From an uncultured Eubacteriales bacterium (lineage in GTDB: Bacteria > Bacillota > Clostridia > Christensenellales > Aristaeellaceae): DNA of 42,668 nt. Below the pieces are notes generated by a model that worked only from the letters and a program-made list of their open reading frames with translations, did not search any database and was not told where the DNA came from. The translations under genes were made by a program, and so were the position numbers. Of this stretch, positions 27,896-35,659 are shown one piece after another. Location of the stretch: assembly GCA_902787475.1 (NCBI GenBank), contig CADAGW010000001.1, positions 1 to 42,668 on the forward strand. The letters run 5' to 3'. The first letter of the stretch is position 1. Every line of letters starts with the position of its first letter.

Positions 27896-29068
27896 ATGCA
27901 GATAGCAGTGCCGGAATACGCCCTCAATATCCTTGACCGCCTCGAATCCCACGGATTCGAGGCTTTTGTGGTGGGCGGATGCGTGCGGGACAGCCTGCTG
28001 GGCGTCACGCCCGGGGACTGGGACGTGTGCACCGCGGCCACGCCGGAGGAGATGCGGGCCTGTTTTTCCGGCATGCGGGTCATAGAGACGGGCCTGAAGC
28101 ACGGCACCCTCACCGTCCGAAGCGGCGGGCAGAATGTGGAGGTGACCACCTACCGGCTGGACGGGCCGTACCTTGACCACCGCCGCCCGGAGTCGGTGCG
28201 GTTCGTGCGGGCCCTTGAAATGGACCTGATGCGCAGGGACTTTACCGTAAACGCCATGGCCTATTCCCCCAAGAGGGGCCTTGTGGACCGGTTCGGCGGG
28301 CAGGAGGATCTTGCCCGTCGCCTCATACGGTGCGTGGGCGAGCCCCGGGAGCGGTTCGAGGAGGACGCCCTGCGGCTTTTGCGGGCTTTGCGCTTCGCCG
28401 CCCGGTTCGGCTTCGATATCGAGTCCGGCACGGCCCTGGCCCTGCGGGAAAAGGCGTCTCTTATGGCCGCCGTGGCCGCCGAGCGGATCTTCGCCGAGTG
28501 GAAAAAGCTGGTGACCGCCCCCGCCTCCCGGCAGATCCTCACCGAATACGCCGATCTGTTCGCCCGGTGGATGCCGGGGCTGGACACCAGTCGGGCGGCC
28601 ATGCTGGGCTATTGGGATCTTCTGCCCGCCAGAAGCGACCTGCGCACGGCCCTGTTGTGCCGGGATCCGGAGGCCCTGTGCGCCTTTCTCAAGACCGACG
28701 GGACCTTCAAAAAACGGGTCGCCCGGCTGTGGGAGTGTGAGGGCGAGCCCCTGCCCGACTCTCCGGTGATGGTGCTCCGCTTCCTGGCCGCCTGCGGGGA
28801 GGATACCTTTTCCGACCGGCTGGATCTGGCCCGGGCCCGGGGCGAGGACGCGGATATGTGCCTTGGCCACCTGCATACGGCCCAGCAGCAGGGCCGGGTG
28901 TGGCGGGTGCGGGATATGGCGGTGACGGGGTCTGATCTGACCAGCCTGGGCTTTTCCGGCCCGGCGCTGGGCGGGGCGCTGAATGCTCTCCTGGAGGCGG
29001 TGATGAAGGGCCAGGTGCCAAACGAAAAAGAAGCCCTCCTCGCCGCGGCCCAGTGCATGAAGAAATAA
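27896..29068 (+). CDS. cca: CCA-adding tRNA nucleotidyltransferase
   Basis: GGCVRDSLLG...DWD head-domain motif and RRDFTVNA. The ATG at 27896 has a GGGAGA RBS. The frame is open upstream to the engB stop, with an alternative GTG start at 27830. Confidence 0.85.
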   Translation: MQIAVPEYALNILDRLESHGFEAFVVGGCVRDSLLGVTPGDWDVCTAATPEEMRACFSGMRVIETGLKHGTLTVRSGGQNVEVTTYRLDGPYLDHRRPESVRFVRALEMDLMRRDFTVNAMAYSPKRGLVDRFGGQEDLARRLIRCVGEPRERFEEDALRLLRALRFAARFGFDIESGTALALREKASLMAAVAAERIFAEWKKLVTAPASRQILTEYADLFARWMPGLDTSRAAMLGYWDLLPARSDLRTALLCRDPEALCAFLKTDGTFKKRVARLWECEGEPLPDSPVMVLRFLAACGEDTFSDRLDLARARGEDADMCLGHLHTAQQQGRVWRVRDMAVTGSDLTSLGFSGPALGGALNALLEAVMKGQVPNEKEALLAAAQCMKK

Positions 29069-29072
29069 AAAA

Positions 29073-29095
29073 GGCCGGCGCGATGCGCGCCAGCC
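29073..29095 (-). terminator. Terminator hairpin for the minus-strand lipoprotein gene
   Basis: Stem ggc(c)ggcgcg / cgcgcc(a)gcc. On the minus strand it is followed by TTTTTT. Confidence 0.5.
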
Positions 29096-29109
29096 GCTTG
29101 GGGATCAGA

Positions 29110-29700
29110 TCATTCGGTTTTATCCAGGGAATAGCTCACCTGCTCGATGGTGCCCTTTTTGTTGAACAGCACCATGGCGGCCTGGCCCTCCTCGTTGGCC
29201 CATATATAGCCCACGTTGAAGTCGGGGTTGGCGCTGGAATCCTGGGCCACCCGGATCATCTCCACGCCCTCGGCCCCCAGCATCAGGCTCACGCTGGTCA
29301 GGTCGAAGTCCTTGCTCATGCTCATGATGTTGTCAAGCCCCTTGGCCCCGGACACCTTGCCGAACTGGCGAATGTCCTCAAAGTCCACCAGCTTGCTGCG
29401 CATCCGTCCGTTCTCGAAAAACACCACGGCCACGCCGCAGGTGCCGTCGTTCCAGTAATAGGCGGATCCGTTGTCGCTGGTCTCCACCCGGGGCTCGCCG
29501 AAGCGCTCGGTGAGGCTTTCCAGGGTGTCCGAGAAGGTCACCTGGTCATACATGGCGAAGGCCTCGTCCCGGGTCTCAAACATGCGGGCGGTCAGGGGCG
29601 GCAGGGGCGTCGCCTCCGGGTCCGGCTGGGTGCCGACGGCGGAGCAGCCGGCCAGTGCCAAAGCGGCGATCAGAAGCGCCGCGATCCACAGTTTCTTCAT
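29110..29700 (-). CDS. Lipoprotein of unknown function
   Basis: MKKLWIAALLIAALALAGC lipobox. ATG at 29700 with an AAGGAGG RBS; the track ORF extends spuriously to 29952. Confidence 0.65.
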   Translation of the reverse strand: MKKLWIAALLIAALALAGCSAVGTQPDPEATPLPPLTARMFETRDEAFAMYDQVTFSDTLESLTERFGEPRVETSDNGSAYYWNDGTCGVAVVFFENGRMRSKLVDFEDIRQFGKVSGAKGLDNIMSMSKDFDLTSVSLMLGAEGVEMIRVAQDSSANPDFNVGYIWANEEGQAAMVLFNKKGTIEQVSYSLDKTE

Positions 29701-29725
29701 GCTTCCATCCTCCTTGATGCCTCTG

Positions 29726-29754
29726 ATTGTAGCAAAGGCCGGGCGGCCTGTCAA
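29726..29754 (-). promoter_or_regulatory. Candidate sigmaA promoter for the lipoprotein gene (TTGACA-17-TACAAT)
   Basis: On the minus strand, TTGACA is at 29754..29749 and TACAAT at 29731..29726. Confidence 0.5.
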
Positions 29755-29836
29755 GGGTGATATGATGAAGAAACGCCCCCTTTCCCCTGTCCCCCGTGAT
29801 TTTTGGCGATCTTTCCCATCCCTAACAAAAATGGAC

Positions 29837-29865
29837 TTGACACACGGACATAAAGGAAATATAAT
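29837..29865 (+). promoter_or_regulatory. Perfect consensus sigmaA promoter P1 (TTGACA-17-TATAAT) upstream of yceD-rpmF
   Basis: TTGACA at 29837..29842, TATAAT at 29860..29865. Confidence 0.6.
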
Positions 29866-29894
29866 TTGACAATGGGCCTTGAAAAGGCTATAAT
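29866..29894 (+). promoter_or_regulatory. Perfect consensus sigmaA promoter P2 (TTGACA-17-TATAAT), abutting P1
   Basis: TTGACA at 29866..29871, TATAAT at 29889..29894. Confidence 0.6.
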
Positions 29895-29920
29895 AGATAG
29901 GCTCGTAATGAGGGAGAGCA

Positions 29921-30427
29921 ATGCGTCTGAATGTTTCCACGGCTCTGGCCAATCCTGGACAGAGTTACCCCTTCCAGGCGGAGATCCTGATCCCGCCCAT
30001 GGTGGTGCTGGACGATCCGGTGTCCTTTTCCCCCGTGCGCTGCGAGGGAGAGTATGTGGGCAGCGGAAGCGCGGTGACGGTGCGCGCGCATATCGAGGGC
30101 AAGGTCACCTCCCGATGCGCCAAGTGCCTGGAGCCGGTCACGCAGGATATTTCCTGTCAGGCCGACGCGCTGTTTACGCCCGGTGCCAGGGAGGGAGAGG
30201 ACGAGTATCCTCTGGAGGGTTATCAGGTGGATCTGATGCCCTACGCCCGGGAAGCATTGCTGCTGGAGCTGCCCATGCGGTTTCTGTGCAGCGAGGACTG
30301 CAAAGGGCTCTGTCCCCATTGCGGTGCCAATCTCAACACGACGCGCTGTTCATGCCGGGAGGGCGATACAAAGCCCAATCCATTTGCGGCATTGAGTGAA
30401 TTGCGGATAGAGGACGAGGAGGTGTGA
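29921..30427 (+). CDS. yceD: YceD/DUF177 family protein (large-subunit rRNA accumulation protein)
   Basis: C-terminal CSEDCKGLCPHCGANLN...CSC...NPFAALSEL is typical of DUF177. It sits immediately upstream of rpmF, as is usual. Confidence 0.85.
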   Translation: MRLNVSTALANPGQSYPFQAEILIPPMVVLDDPVSFSPVRCEGEYVGSGSAVTVRAHIEGKVTSRCAKCLEPVTQDISCQADALFTPGAREGEDEYPLEGYQVDLMPYAREALLLELPMRFLCSEDCKGLCPHCGANLNTTRCSCREGDTKPNPFAALSELRIEDEEV

Positions 30428-30430
30428 ACC

Positions 30431-30625
30431 ATGGCCGTTCCGAAGGGGAAAACATCCAAGGCGCGCAGGGATACCCGCCGCTCTGCGCATTGGAAGCTGT
30501 CGCTGCCGGGCATCGTCAAGTGCCCCCGGTGCCAGAAAATGAAGCTGAGCCATCGCGTCTGCAAGAATTGCGGATACTACGATGGAGAGCAGATCATCAA
30601 GGTGGACGAAGCCCAGGCCAAATAA
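30431..30625 (+). CDS. rpmF: 50S ribosomal protein L32
   Basis: [23 protein letters not shown]...CPRCQ...CKNCGYY. Confidence 0.95.
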   Translation: MAVPKGKTSKARRDTRRSAHWKLSLPGIVKCPRCQKMKLSHRVCKNCGYYDGEQIIKVDEAQAK

Positions 30626-30637
30626 TGACGGCACAGT

Positions 30638-30672
30638 AAAAACGCTTCCGTATTCAACGGAAGCGTTTTCTG
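30638..30672 (+). terminator. Rho-independent terminator after rpmF
   Basis: Stem aaaacgcttccg / cggaagcgtttt followed by a TTTTCTG tract. Confidence 0.8.
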
Positions 30673-30784
30673 TCCCCCGGGCAGTGCCCGGACCCACCTG
30701 CTGCCGCGCACTCCGATCCGCTTGACCGGCCATATATTGGAGCCGGTCAGGCAGTCACAGCCATACCAGATGCCTGAAAGAAAA

Positions 30785-30884
30785 CGGATTGCCGCGTCGG
30801 CCATACGGCCTCCCCGCAATGACAGGCACGGGGCATAGCGGCCCATCTGTGTCATTGCGAGGAGCGAAGCGACGAAGCAATCCG
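30785..30884. repeat. ~100-bp nested imperfect palindrome (REP/MITE-like) containing tgtcattgcgaggagcgaagcgacgaagcaatcc
   Basis: Outer arms cggattgccgcgtcg / cgacgaagcaatccg. Inner arms (cctcc)ccgcaatgaca / tgtcattgcg(aggag). Confidence 0.6.
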
Positions 30885-30959
30885 TCCCCACTCGATTTCA
30901 TCCCCGCACATACCCGGGCAGGATCTCCTGCGCCGGAATCGTGCAGAGAATAATACCGT

Positions 30960-31166
30960 CCCCGCCGAAGGCGGAAGAAGGGATTCTTAAGGGCCTATGG
31001 CCCTTAAGCCGGGGAGTTTGAGGGGGCGAACGGAGGCACCCGCCAGTGGCGGAATTGTGCCGGAGAAAGCCCAATGAGCAAAGGAGCTTTTGAATATACG
31101 CATTTCAAAAGCGACTATTGCGAATTGAGGATCGCACAGGCCTCAGCGCCTCCCTCCCCTCCCCTA
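30960..31166 (-). repeat. Copy B (full length, reverse orientation) of the structured gene-3'-end repeat family
   Basis: Its reverse complement aligns to 42464..42668. The 111-nt core differs at 4 positions by my hand alignment. The element starts right after the fucosidase stop codon. Confidence 0.75.
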
Positions 31167-32474
31167 TCAATCCTTCAGCTTCACCCTGATCACGGTATCC
31201 GTGGGATCGGGCAGTCTGGGATCGGGGCCCAGGGACACGAAGGACACGTCGGGATAGTTATTGGTGATCCAGTCCGACACCACGGGCAGCTCCGCGCCGC
31301 TCTTGACCAGCCGGACGCTGTCGATTTTGTCCCGGGGCACGCCGGGCAGGGGCACGTAGGTGATCTGGGGCTCCATGATGTGGAAATAGAGGGTATCGCC
31401 CCTGCGGGTGATGCGCCCGCAGTCGGGCTTGGGCAGACCGGACAGGCCGCAGCCGTATATGCTCTCGCTGTTTATGTCCATCCACTTGCCCACGTCCTCC
31501 AGTATGGCCAGGGACTCGGCGGGGATCCGGCCCCGGGCGTCCGGGCCCACGTTCACCAGCAGGTTCCCGCCCTTACTGACGCACTCCACCAGCTTTTTGA
31601 CCAGCATATCGCCGGACTTAAAGAACTTGTCCTGCTCGCAGTGGCCCCAGTGGTTGTTCATTGTCACGCAGGCCTCCCACACCACCGGGCGGCCCGCCTC
31701 GTCCCGTATTCCGTCGGCGGGTATGATCTGCTCGGGAGACACGAAGTCGCCGGAATACTCGCTGGGATGCTCCGTCACCAGGGACCCAAAGCCCTCGCCG
31801 CTGACCTCCAGCCGGTTGTCAATGATCACGTCCGGCAGATGGGAGCGGATCATGCGCACCAGCTTGGTGGCCCGCCAGGCCTCGCCGGTCAGATCGCCAT
31901 AGGAGAAATCGAACCAGAATATGTCGATCTTGCCGTAGTTCGTGCACAGCTCCTCCACCTGGGCGTGGAGATAGTCAAGATAGTTGTCGAAGTTCCGGGG
32001 CACGTCCTTCTCCCGCTCGTCATTCCGAAGGGGATGGTTCCTGTCGCCGTAGTGGGGATAGTCCGGATGATGCCAGTCCAGAAGAGAATAGTACAGGCCC
32101 ACCTTCAGGCCCTCCGCCCTGAAGGCGTCCAGATATTCCCGCACCAGGTCCCGCCCGCAGGGGGTATTGGTGGACTTAAAGTCGGTATACTTGCTGTCGA
32201 ACAGGCAGAAGCCGTCGTGATGCTTGGCCGTGAGCACGGCGTATTTCATGCCCGCCCGTTTGGCCGCCCGGGCCCAGGCCTTGGGGTCGTAGTCCACGGG
32301 ATTGAACTCCCGGAAGAAGGGCATGTACGCCTCCTCCGGCATCTGCTCTATGCTGCGCACCCACTCGCCCCGGGAGGGAATGGCGTACAGTCCCCAATGG
32401 ATGAACATGCCGAACCGGGCCTGGGTAAACCAGCTGACCTTCTTTTCATACGCTTCCCGATCGAACGCAAACAT
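31167..32474 (-). CDS. Alpha-L-fucosidase, GH29 (cytoplasmic)
   Basis: FGMFIHWGLYAIPSRGEW and the overall GH29 pattern. No signal peptide. The ATG at 32474 has GGAGG 8 nt upstream; the track start at 32483 is a GTG directly abutting the SD. Confidence 0.9.
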   Translation of the reverse strand: MFAFDREAYEKKVSWFTQARFGMFIHWGLYAIPSRGEWVRSIEQMPEEAYMPFFREFNPVDYDPKAWARAAKRAGMKYAVLTAKHHDGFCLFDSKYTDFKSTNTPCGRDLVREYLDAFRAEGLKVGLYYSLLDWHHPDYPHYGDRNHPLRNDEREKDVPRNFDNYLDYLHAQVEELCTNYGKIDIFWFDFSYGDLTGEAWRATKLVRMIRSHLPDVIIDNRLEVSGEGFGSLVTEHPSEYSGDFVSPEQIIPADGIRDEAGRPVVWEACVTMNNHWGHCEQDKFFKSGDMLVKKLVECVSKGGNLLVNVGPDARGRIPAESLAILEDVGKWMDINSESIYGCGLSGLPKPDCGRITRRGDTLYFHIMEPQITYVPLPGVPRDKIDSVRLVKSGAELPVVSDWITNNYPDVSFVSLGPDPRLPDPTDTVIRVKLKD

Positions 32475-32552
32475 TGACTCCACCTCCGTGTTTCTGATTC
32501 CCGACCCATTATATCACCCCCGCCGCCGTTTTGCAATCATAAGGAGGCACAT

Positions 32553-34703
32553 ATGGACATCCGTCACCCCGCCGCCCGCGAGGAGCAGGCGCACCTTGAA
32601 AGCACCCTGTCCGTCGTGGCCCAGGAAAGGCGCGTGGCCGCGGGCGAGCTGGACAGGGCCCAAAGGAACCTGGACACGGCCCGCCGGTTCGACCCGGACG
32701 CCCTGCCCCTTAGAGAAATGCTCTTTGCCCGGGCCCGACAGCTGAGCCATCAGCTGGACATGGCCCAAAAGAGGCCCTACTTCACCCGGGTGGACTTTAT
32801 CCCCCGGGGCGGGGAAATGGAGACCCACTACATCGGCCGCTGGGGCGTGATCCGCTCCGGCACGCTGGAGGTGGAGGTGTCCGACTGGCGCTCGCCGGTG
32901 GCCAACCTCTACTACTCCGGCCAGGTGGGCCCCATGCGCTACGAGACCCCGGAGGGCCGGGTGGAGGGCGAACTGACCCTGAAGCGCCAGCTCACCGTGG
33001 AGGACGGGGTGTTAAAGGCCATATTCGACACCGGCGTGGCCTCCCAGGACGCCTATCTTCAGTCCGTGCTGGGGGAAATGACCGGCGACAGGCTTCGGGA
33101 CATCGTCACCACCATACAGGCGGAGCAGAATTTCGTCATCCGCTACCCCCTCTCCCGCAACCTGGTGGTGCAGGGGGCCGCGGGCTCTGGCAAGACCACC
33201 ATCGCCCTGCACCGCATCGCCTACCTGCTCTACGCCTTTTCAAGCCGCCTCACCCCCCAGCGCCTGTTGATCCTGGCCCCCAACCCCCTGTTTCTGGGGT
33301 TTATATCCGGGGTACTGCCCGACCTGGGCGTGGAGGACGTGCGGGAGAGCACCTTTATCCGCTTCCTGTCGGAGCGGATGGGCGCCGCCCTGCCCCGTCT
33401 CAAGGACGCCCCGGAGAGCCCCGAGGGGGGCTGGAAGGGCAGCATGGATTGCGTCAAGAGGCTGGACGCCTATCTCGATGGATTTGAGGACCGCTTTCCC
33501 CCGGAGGGCATATTCAAGTTCGGCCCGGCCCTGCTCTTTGACCACGCCCAGGCCCGCGCCTTCCTGCTGGAGGCGGAAAAGCCCTTCCCCCTGGACCGGC
33601 GCAAAAAGGAATTTGAAAAGGAGCTGACCCGAAGGCTCAAGGACGGCCTTCAAAAGACCCTCTCCTGGCTGGACGACGAATGTGACCGGCGAAGCGACCT
33701 GCTGGAAAGGATGACCCCGCCTGGTCAGGAGCGGGCCCAGAGGATGCGGTCTCTTTTCACAAGCCGGGACCTGAGAAAGGCCGAGGCCAAGGAAAAGGCC
33801 AGGACTTATGTAAAGAGCGCCATGGCCCGGTTCCCGTCCCTCTCCCCCGCCCTGGTGCTGACCGGGTTCTGGGAGAGCCTGAAGGACGAACCAGGCCTCC
33901 CCGGCGAGGCGGCCCGGCAGTCTCTCTCCCTCGGCAAACCCACCCGGGAGGACGCGGCCCTTCTGGGCCTTATCGACCTTCGTCACACCGAACGGCCCCG
34001 GCTGGACATATCTCACGTGGTCATCGACGAGGCCCAGGACTTTTCCGCCGCCGAGTTCGAGCTTCTGCGCCGCATGATGCCCCAGGCCACCTTCACCGCC
34101 GTGGGAGATCTCATGCAGGGCATCCGCTCCTGGCGGGGCATAGCCGACTGGCGGGAGGTGACGGACGGCGTATTCCACGGCGACTGCGTGACCCACCATC
34201 TGGAGGTGAGCTACCGCAACACCGTGGAGATCATGGAGACCGCCCTCACCTGCGCCCGGCGGCACCCCGTGCCCGGCCAGGGCCAGGTGCGCCCGGTGCT
34301 CCGCCACGGGCCCGCGCCACTCTTTGCCTCCTTCCTGGGCCCGGAGGAGCAGGACGCGGCCATACTCTCCGCCGCCCAAAGGTGGCATGAGGAGGGCATG
34401 GGCAGCATCGCCCTGGTGGCCCGGGACGAAAAGGAGGCCAAGGCCCTGTCCAAGCGCCTTGGCTGGCCCCTTCTGGACCTTGACCAGGACACCTACGCCG
34501 CGGGGCTGTGGGTGACGGAGGCCGCCCACGTGAAGGGCTTCGAGTTCGACGCGGTGATGATATCCGACGCCAGTCCCGCCCGCTACGCCGACGATGCCCG
34601 GGACGCGAGGCTTCTGTTCGTGGCCCTCACCCGGCCCCTTCACCGGCTGGCGGTGCTGTATCACGGCCAGCTCACGCCACTCCTGTCGCGGAACGATTCT
34701 TGA
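32553..34703 (+). CDS. helD: HelD-type UvrD-like helicase (RNA polymerase recycling ATPase family)
   Basis: N-terminal coiled region, then PYFTRVDF...HYIGRWGV...VSDWRSPVANLYY, Walker A QGAAGSGKTT, VIDEAQD, and a C-terminal UvrD-like module. Confidence 0.8.
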   Translation: MDIRHPAAREEQAHLESTLSVVAQERRVAAGELDRAQRNLDTARRFDPDALPLREMLFARARQLSHQLDMAQKRPYFTRVDFIPRGGEMETHYIGRWGVIRSGTLEVEVSDWRSPVANLYYSGQVGPMRYETPEGRVEGELTLKRQLTVEDGVLKAIFDTGVASQDAYLQSVLGEMTGDRLRDIVTTIQAEQNFVIRYPLSRNLVVQGAAGSGKTTIALHRIAYLLYAFSSRLTPQRLLILAPNPLFLGFISGVLPDLGVEDVRESTFIRFLSERMGAALPRLKDAPESPEGGWKGSMDCVKRLDAYLDGFEDRFPPEGIFKFGPALLFDHAQARAFLLEAEKPFPLDRRKKEFEKELTRRLKDGLQKTLSWLDDECDRRSDLLERMTPPGQERAQRMRSLFTSRDLRKAEAKEKARTYVKSAMARFPSLSPALVLTGFWESLKDEPGLPGEAARQSLSLGKPTREDAALLGLIDLRHTERPRLDISHVVIDEAQDFSAAEFELLRRMMPQATFTAVGDLMQGIRSWRGIADWREVTDGVFHGDCVTHHLEVSYRNTVEIMETALTCARRHPVPGQGQVRPVLRHGPAPLFASFLGPEEQDAAILSAAQRWHEEGMGSIALVARDEKEAKALSKRLGWPLLDLDQDTYAAGLWVTEAAHVKGFEFDAVMISDASPARYADDARDARLLFVALTRPLHRLAVLYHGQLTPLLSRNDS

Positions 34704-34716
34704 CCGATTTATCACA

Positions 34717-34732
34717 GGATTTGCACAAATCC
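34717..34732. promoter_or_regulatory. Perfect palindrome GGATTTG-CA-CAAATCC (operator candidate)
   Basis: 7-bp arms, located 31 nt upstream of the -35 of the operon promoter. A related half-site GGATTTCACAA lies at 34820..34830. Confidence 0.35.
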
Positions 34733-34762
34733 GCACTAAACCGCATTATTTTTGCGCAAGGC

Positions 34763-34791
34763 TTGAAAGTCTTGCGCATTCGCTGTATAAT
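34763..34791 (+). promoter_or_regulatory. Near-consensus sigmaA promoter with extended -10 (TTGAAA-17-TG-TATAAT) for the seven-gene operon
   Basis: TTGAAA at 34763..34768, TATAAT at 34786..34791 preceded by TG. The -35 is flanked by the inverted repeat TTGCGCAAG / CTTGCGCA. Confidence 0.6.
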
Positions 34792-34855
34792 GGCATTGGT
34801 ATTGTGAAGAGTATGGCACGGATTTCACAAAAACATATGACAGGAGGACATTTCC

Positions 34856-35644
34856 ATGAAACTTGGCGTCAATACGGTTCTTTTCAAGCCCTTCAGCGTT
34901 CTGGAGGCCATGCAGGCCATCAAGCGGGCCGGATACGACGGCGTGGAGCTTTCCGCCATCAAGGGCATGTGTGAGCACCTGGATCTGGACAACTGGAATC
35001 TTGACGAGGTGAAGGCCGCCCAGGCCGAGACCGGCATGGAGCTGTTGTCCATGGAAGTGGCGTCTCTGGACGAGGATCGCCTGCGTCTGGCCTTCAAGGC
35101 CGCCAAGGAGCTTGGCGTGCCCGTGGTGAACGTGGGCCCCGGCGGCAAGGCCGACGTGGAAGAGGACGTGGTGACCTCCATCGCCACCCTGACCGCCCGG
35201 GCCAGGATGGCCGCCGAATACGGCGTGACCCTGTGCTGCAAGGCCCACGTGGGCTGCGCCATACACGACACCCCCACCACCCTGCGTGCCATGAACGAGA
35301 TCAAGGAAGACTCCTTCGGCGTGGACATGGATCCCAGCCACATCTGGCGGGCCGGCGAGAAGCCCGAGGAGGCCCTGCCCCAGGTGATCTCCCGGGTGAA
35401 GCACATCCACATCCGCGACTGCAAGGGCCCCGGCCCCAATCCCGGACTGCCCGCCCTGCAGGCCTGCGGCCGCGGCGATATCGACCTGGTGGGCTACTTC
35501 AAGGCCCTGGTCAGCACCGGCTATCAGGGACCCGTGTGCCTGGAGGTCATCGGACCCGACCAGACCCTGGCCGAGGCTCAGGCCGTGGCGTCCGAGAGCT
35601 ACGGCTACATGAACGCCGTGCTCCGCTTCCTGGGCGGCCGCTGA
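34856..35644 (+). CDS. Xylose-isomerase-like TIM-barrel protein (sugar phosphate isomerase/epimerase family)
   Basis: MKLGVNTVLF...AGYDGVELS...HIHIRD...VCLEV pattern of the AP_endonuc_2 fold. CAGGAGG RBS. Confidence 0.85.
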   Translation: MKLGVNTVLFKPFSVLEAMQAIKRAGYDGVELSAIKGMCEHLDLDNWNLDEVKAAQAETGMELLSMEVASLDEDRLRLAFKAAKELGVPVVNVGPGGKADVEEDVVTSIATLTARARMAAEYGVTLCCKAHVGCAIHDTPTTLRAMNEIKEDSFGVDMDPSHIWRAGEKPEEALPQVISRVKHIHIRDCKGPGPNPGLPALQACGRGDIDLVGYFKALVSTGYQGPVCLEVIGPDQTLAEAQAVASESYGYMNAVLRFLGGR

Positions 35645-35659
35645 CAGGCGAGGCGCTCT

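Noticed and set aside
30577-31166. ORFs that cross the repeat cluster: MGTDCFVASLLAMTQ... on the minus strand, and MSKGAFEYTHFKSDYCELRI..., which starts the 31074..32477 plus-strand ORF.
   Set aside because: They are translations of palindromic or repeat DNA. The second continues antisense through the fucosidase gene. Neither has an RBS or a plausible protein character.
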